DNA from: Chrysomallon squamiferum
Lineage: Eukaryota; Animalia; Mollusca
Length of the DNA: 64,000 nucleotides
NCBI GenBank assembly: GCA_012295275.1
Contig: CM022672.1
Span: 12,648,001-12,712,000 of the forward strand
Direction: 5' to 3'
The position numbers and the translations under genes were made by a program. A model generated the notes under the pieces. That model saw only the letters and a list, made by a program, of their open reading frames with translations, did not search any database and was not told the DNA's origin. Below are positions 59,409 to 64,000 of this stretch, piece after piece (the first letter of the stretch is position 1; every line of letters starts with the position of its first letter).

Positions 59409-60761
59409 CTAAACAAAATGGCAATACACTTTTATTTTCTTTACCAAGTTTTTTTTGTTTGTTTAAATTTTTTATACGAACCAGTATTTGTTTCCTCTCT
59501 ACATTTTAAAAATAAATTATAACAATAAAACAGATAAATAATGGAAAACAGCTGTTTGTGAAGTTTTTAAACCAAGTAAAATATATAAAAAATAAATAAT
59601 ATAAATTAAATTAAATTAAAAAAAATATAGAAATTGTTCATATAAAATTTTAGCATCACCATATTATGCTTTTACAGTTTTCATTCAAGTAAAATGTTCA
59701 TATAATGCAAAATTTAAAAAAATTAAATGTCTGTACTTTATGTGAATATTTGGATATTATATAATGATATATCTATGTACATGTAAATGAAGCATAAATT
59801 GCATCTTTCTAGACATTTCCTCCCATCATAAAACTTCCATTTAAGTATTCAAAAATCTGTCTGTAACACTTTAAACCAATTCAAATCAATAAATAAATAA
59901 ATAATAATAATTTTAAAAAATATATAATAAAAACATCTATAGTAAGAAAAACAATTAAAAAAATAAAATACTGAGAAATTAAAAACAAGGAAAATATTTA
60001 CAATTCATTCACCCCCAACATTTATTATGTAACATGTAAACCCATTTAATTGGAACCTGTTTTCCATGACTGCAGATAAGCCACTCAAATAAGCCTAGGT
60101 TTTGTTCATTTAAAACTGTTGAAAAGAGAAGGGAGACAATTATGACAATACGAAGAAAATTATACACATTGACACAAGTGTGTTCATTCATGCATACTTA
60201 AACATGCATTTCCACATGTGTATTTGTATTTATGTAGATTCATACTTACAGAATCAGAGGCTTCAGTAATATAAAACGCCTGTTCACCTTCATAAGAATA
60301 CATCAACATTATTACAAGACCAGACATGTTACACAGACAATGTAAACAAAAAATGCAAACATTAAAAGCAAGTCTGCTTACAGTACACTATTCTATTTCA
60401 TTGCCATTATCTGTTCGTACAAGTTATTCAGTTAGATTATGAGAAACAAATTACACCAATTTATTTTACTGCCAATAATAAGAACAAATTTTCTTTAAGA
60501 ATTATTATCAAAAATCAGTTTTTATTATTCCTAGCTAACTTGAAACCTTAAAACTGTTGAGCAAATTGGCTTCCTGCTAATTTCGTTTGTAAGAGCAATG
60601 ATCCAAAGCTTTGTCACTCTTTACACATCATTTCCCATTCCATTAGTAGTCTGCAGTGGCTATTAATGACTATTTCTTCATTCAGTAAGATGCATATGCA
60701 CAATCTCCTCCTGCTATTTCATGACTTTCTTGATGCGATGCCACAGGTTACCTTTCATATC

Positions 60762-60801
<40 letters not shown>

Positions 60802-62080
60802 GATAGATAGATAAAATTATTATGTTATAAAAGAACTATAAGACACACTGTTTTGATTAAAATTATGAGATGCTGTTAATATTCATTTGTGGTACCCGAT
60901 GTAACATAATGAATTAACACTAATTATTTATTATTATTTTGAGTGACTTTTATGTAGTGATATTTGCTAGTATTTTAATCAAAATGCTTACTAATTTTTA
61001 CTTTAATTCACAGTTCAAAAATTTGTCTGGATACGGCAATTAAACTTTAAGTTCAAGATTTTTTTTTTTTAATTAAAGATTGAATTTACTGACAAAATGA
61101 TCTTTACTTAATGTTACTAAAGAAATTTTTCTCTCTTAAATTTTAATTTTGTAACTATGGATTGTAACATAACATCATTTTCATCATTGATATTATATAA
61201 ATTATTAAGAATTATATCAAATTATCAAAAAGTTTCAGATTTCTTTAACATTGTTTTTTCATTGAATCAACCAGTTTTGGGGGATTTGTTTTGAATATTT
61301 AAATATCCTGGAAATTATACAAGATAAATATTACCAAATAAAATTTATGCTTGGGTTTAACATTAACCTTAAATAAGATGTATATAATTTTCATTTTAAT
61401 TAATATTTAAACAATTAAAAAGTGGGTAAAGAATAGTATACTTATGGGAAATTATACTTTATTAAAATAAAATACTTAATTCCGATATTTATTTATGATG
61501 TAAAATTATTCTTTGAAGATATTTTCTTTCCTGAAAAGTACAAGTCCTGAAGTCAACAATAATCATGACAGTACTAAGTTAACTTTGCTAAACATTTTAT
61601 AGTTCATCAGTTATTTATCCTCGAATTTGTTTTCAAATAATTAATTTTTTAAATATTAAATATTTTTTTATCACTGTTAAGCTAACCCCAATACATTTTC
61701 CGTAAGTTTTTAACTCTATTTAAAAAAATATATGAACAAATATTTGAAACGAGAAAAAAATCTAAAAATAGCTGTCACATGATTACCTTATTTGGCAATA
61801 TGATATAACCGTTAAACATGGAACGTTATGTTAACGTTTTTTCTCGAATTGCTTCATATTATAAAAATAAATTTAAAAAAAAAATAAAAATAATAAGTTC
61901 TTTAAAACGTATTCGCTTAATCTGACAAGCCACAAATGCATACCAACCTGCTTAACAAGAAGAAACACATTCCTCTATTCACTCCCAATATGAGGGTCAA
62001 TCAGTCTCCGTAAAAACAAAAACAAAATGGCGACATGTTTAACGAAATGCAATACTTTTAATTTGCTTTATTTTGCTTAC

Positions 62081-62110
62081 CTCACTTTTACAGTACTGTC
62101 CAACCTGCAG
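62081..62110 (-). other. PPP1R10: Probable short 5'UTR exon of PPP1R10 near its promoter
   Basis: Strong donor GAG|GTAAGC at 62080. Acceptors TTACTTAG| (62111) or CTGCAG| (62105). An upstream donor GC|GTAAGTG lies at 62237. Confidence 0.45.
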
Positions 62111-62599
62111 CTAAGTAACACAAATATATACATCTGCCCTATACACATTCAATAATAAAAATTACTACTTTACAAAGGTTAGACCCAGACAGGCCTCACC
62201 TACATAGAAAATATTTTATAAATCACAAGACACTTACGCAGTTACTTCTGCGTACACTATTCCTTTTATAGTTTTTATCGCATATTCACTTCTTTCAGAG
62301 TACTACCATAATAATAATAATAAACTCTGATCGTTGATGATTCTTCTAGATTTGATTATTTCTTTGCCATGTTCATGTATACATGTAACATGGTGATGAT
62401 GGCATTTTGTGATCAATAATTCAATGAAATTTTCATCAAATCATAAAAATGTTTGGGTTTTCGTTTACAAATAAATATATATTTTTAAAATTTGAAAAAT
62501 GTCCCCTTTTACTAATCGTTTTTTTATACGTGTAAATGTACGAAATAATATGTATAAATACGGCACAAATAACCAAAATTTCGAAATTATTTTTCCAAA

Positions 62600-62700
62600 C
62601 TGTTTTGTTCTACGAGTCAAAAGCAAATCCCTAACGATGTGGGGTTTCGCACGGTGTACTTGACGTCACACGTGACACATTTAGAATCAAAGGGGAATGG
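62600..62700 (-). promoter_or_regulatory. Probable PPP1R10 promoter: adjacent CRE and E-box in a CpG-enriched patch
   Basis: TGACGTCA (62661-62668) is directly followed by CACGTG (62669-62674). CpG frequency rises visibly from ~61.6 kb. A YY1-type AAAATGGCGAC lies downstream at ~62024-62034. Confidence 0.5.
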
Positions 62701-63124
62701 AAATTGTGTTTTAACTGCAACAAATTATGTTTATATATTACAGCACCACCTAATGTTTTGTTTTAAATATAATATTTTACTGATTTTGTTAAAATACAAA
62801 ATAAAAACATAGAGTCACTGAATTTTCTAGTTAATTATTTGTAACATATTTTCTAAGTTCCTTTCGATTCTCTCCGTATTGAACTATATTAATAACATAC
62901 AAGAATCTGGGCTCGTTGCCAACAAGTGGATGTTGTAGGCCATAGGCAAAAAGGTCATTATTTTGATCGGTACCCGATCTCGCTGTTGACGAGAGAGCAT
63001 CGTCACTGAACATTATTAGTTTATATCTTTTATAACAAATGCTGCGGACATGAATTAGAAATTAAATGATAACGTAAAGCATTTAAAAAAAAAAAAAAAA
63101 AAAAATCCATATTTAAGACCGAAT

Positions 63125-63193
<69 letters not shown>

Positions 63194-63535
63194 TTTATTT
63201 CATACTGTTAACAAATAAAATAACGAATCGTTTTATTATGACGACACTTCGAAAATAGAACAAATTTATAAGAAAAAAAACAAAAACAAAAAAACAACAA
63301 CTCCAAAGCTACTATGTAAAACATTAATCCTCATTAGACTGAGTAAAATACAATGTCCTTGGTCTGTTATATAATAATTTTGTACATTATTTATCAGTAT
63401 CAAAAAAGAAAAGAAAAAAAAGTCGGACTCTTTTTAAAAGGATGGCATTTTTTTAAATTTATATTATTATTATTTTTTAAATATACAATTCTTTATTAGC
63501 ATCATAATCTTGAATAAACTGAAAATAATTTGGAA

Positions 63536-63576
<41 letters not shown>

Positions 63577-64000
63577 AAACGTCCACTGCAGTGTTGAATC
63601 AGGAATACTATTGTCATGGGGTAGCACCGCTATAATATGTAAGATAATAATTAATGTATAGTCATTAAAAGACACTATTTCGAATTTTGAAGGTATATCC
63701 TTGAAAAATCCACAGTTTAACATTAAAACAGTCCTTTCTGAATGAAAAACGTTTGATAAAATGAATTGTTTTGACTGTATGTTAAATTTATTTGCAGATA
63801 TGTACATTATCAGCTCACATTTCGCATTCAGTGGTGTTAACATTTATATTTTTTAATAATATGTACCAGAAACATACCTCGATAGAGACATGTATACAAA
63901 TAGCTATTATAACTTTAAGCAGGGATCCCAATTCTACAGTTGTATTAAAAATCTCACAAGCAGCTCATGTCAAACAATTTACAGCATGGAATGTAAATTC

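Overview
AT-rich, microsatellite-dense animal genomic DNA (invertebrate; a mollusc or other lophotrochozoan is my guess from sequence style only). Four spliced genes can be rebuilt by hand with GT-AG introns and consistent phases. (1) The first coding exon of an L-type amino acid transporter light chain (SLC7A5/7A8-like, minus strand, 8396-8894); its other exons lie left of the window. (2) A 25-coding-exon AXDND1 (minus, 39527-22020) carrying one 1-bp frameshift. (3) SURF2 (plus, 40243-~43604), head-to-head with AXDND1 across a very compact promoter with RFX X-box, ETS and YY1 motifs. (4) PPP1R10/PNUTS (minus, ~58743-45036) with a complex multi-exon 5' leader. There is also a clean hAT MITE with an 8-bp TSD and a degenerate Harbinger-like MITE. 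The most striking unexplained pattern is that several introns are filled with tandem repeats whose unit is the adjacent exon-intron junction itself. These are ~40 copies of a donor site with a 153-bp higher-order structure, ~18 copies of another donor, an old degenerate donor array in PNUTS and a triplicated acceptor. This points to recurrent splice-junction-anchored amplification that creates arrays of decoy splice sites. Gene identities come from my recall of the human proteins; no database search was run.
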